The notes under the pieces were generated by a model. That model was not told where the DNA came from, made no database searches, and saw only the letters and a program-made list of their open reading frames with translations. This document shows, piece after piece, positions 16,949-17,930 of a stretch of 17,930 nucleotides of DNA. This DNA is from a bacterium. Lineage in GTDB: Bacteria > Zixibacteria > MSB-5A5 > GN15 > FEB-12. Made by a program: the position numbers and the translations under genes. How positions within the stretch are numbered: the stretch's first letter is position 1; each line of letters starts with the position of its first letter. The stretch covers positions 1 through 17,930 of the forward strand of contig JBDRNJ010000028.1 of assembly GCA_043811375.1 (NCBI GenBank), in the 5' to 3' direction.

Positions 16949-16960
16949 CGTCAACCCCGC
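16949..16960 (+). repeat. attR core CGTCAACCCCGC (displaced tRNA-Asp 3' end; reads CAACCCC-G-CCA with the next two bases)
   Basis: Exact match to 1543-1554. Confidence 0.9.
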
Positions 16961-17574
16961 CATTTTTGAGTTTGGGTCCCTTCGGCAATGATGCTGAAGG
17001 GCTTTTTGTATGCGGCACTTAGGGTTGCGCCAGCGAGCGAGCAGTTCCAATATAGCAAATCGACCAATTCTCGTTTTTCGTCGTTATTTCGGCTAAGCCA
17101 AAGATCAGGAAGCTTTTGCGAGAGTTCTAGTATTCTCTCGGCAGTGTAGAGAATATCCGGCCCATTGCCGTTTAGAGCCTCAAGCTGTGACTGCAATCGG
17201 ATCTGTTCAGCTTCCCATTTTGCCGAGAGAGTCTTCCAGTGCTCAGTTGTGATAGTGTTTTCGAGCTTGTCCTGGTACGCCTGCTCAGTCCAGGTGTCGA
17301 TCTGCCCGAGTCTGACTGAGATTCTCTGCCGCTCGGCTTGCGTTCGTTCCGCTGTTGTTCGGTGACGGCTTGACAACTCCTTCATGATCTTAGAGGCCTG
17401 AGCGCGGGTCAGCACAAGCGGTCCAAGCAAATCGGAGAACTGATCGACGACGTCGGCCTCCCTTACATACACAAGATCGCAGCCGCCCGGTTTCATGCCG
17501 GTGCAGTGGTAATAGATATACCTGCCCTTCTTTCGCTCGGCAGTGATCTTTGCTCCGCACTTTGCGCAAACCAT
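16951..17574 (-). pseudogene. 3' remnant of a second large serine recombinase (zinc ribbon + coiled coil only)
   Basis: MVCAKCGAKITAERKKGRYIYYHCTG...C zinc ribbon, then a coiled coil, ending QKWRG* with the TGA inside the att core. The catalytic and recombinase domains are absent. Confidence 0.85.
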
Positions 17575-17930
17575 TTGTATTCCCGTCAGGTGGTGGGCTG
17601 GGCCATGAGCCGCCGGGTCGATGGCCAGTTGACGCTCTCGGCTTTGCGTCAGGTGATTGCCCGTCGTCATCCCGGTCGGGGGTTGCTTCATCATTCCGAT
17701 CAGGGCAAGCAATACACCGCCGATGATTACCGAGACCTACTGACCGATCAAGGTCTGGTGGCCAGCATGAGTCGTCGCGGGGATCGCTGGGATAATGCCG
17801 TGATGGAATCGTTTTTCGGGACGCTTAAGACGGAGATGATATATTTTGAGAAGTTTTTGAGCCGAGAGGAGGCGCAAACGAAGATTTTTGAGTATATTGA
17901 GGTGTTCTACAATCGCCAACGACGGCACTC
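17575..17930 (+). mobile_element. IS3-family transposase (OrfB, DDE core) internal fragment, 5'-truncated; runs off the window edge
   Basis: Manual translation: LYSRQVVGWAMS...LLHHSDQGKQY...SMSRRGDRWDNAVMESFFGTLKTE...IFEYIEVFYNRQRRH. No start codon or left inverted repeat. Confidence 0.93.

Larger units (their letters stand above)
1543..16960. mobile_element. ~15.4 kb integrative element/genomic island in tRNA-Asp (serine-recombinase type)
   Basis: Flanked by an exact 12-bp duplication of the tRNA-Asp 3' end. Carries a recombinase, an ImmA/ImmR-like switch, a primase-ATPase and cargo. The joined ends form a symmetric attP. Confidence 0.92.

Noticed and set aside
17575..17928. First ~46 aa of the 253-aa ORF (16951-17712) and the ORF at 17737-17928
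   Set aside because: Both are antisense readings of the IS3 transposase fragment, so the 253-aa ORF is a chimera rather than an intact gene.

Overview
The window starts with the 5' part of a host phosphomannomutase/phosphoglucomutase gene (minus strand, cut by the window edge) and a divergent tRNA-Val(TAC)/tRNA-Asp(GTC) pair. A complete ~15.4 kb integrative element follows, inserted in the 3' end of tRNA-Asp and bounded by the 12-bp direct repeat CGTCAACCCCGC (1543-1554 and 16949-16960). Its leftward operon encodes an XRE repressor, an ImmA/IrrE-type metalloprotease and a large serine recombinase. Its rightward operon encodes a Cro-like HTH protein, a 58-aa protein missing from the ORF track, a DnaG-type primase fused to a P-loop ATPase, a small hypothetical protein and an 'NAxKHG' protein; a cluster of iteron-like repeats follows the primase. 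Next come a truncated type I R-M hsdM and a cargo block: a TPR-LuxR regulator and a 1662-aa secreted multidomain protein with GEVED and dockerin-like domains (a style I associate with Zixibacteria; inference only). No conjugation or virion genes are recognisable. The att site lies inside the recombinase gene, so integration and excision swap its last 14 residues. The reconstructed attP is a ~54-bp site with inverted arms centred on a CC dinucleotide in the core. Beyond attR lies the 3' remnant of a second serine recombinase gene ending in the same att core (an older tandem island), fused directly to a mid-gene IS3-family transposase fragment.
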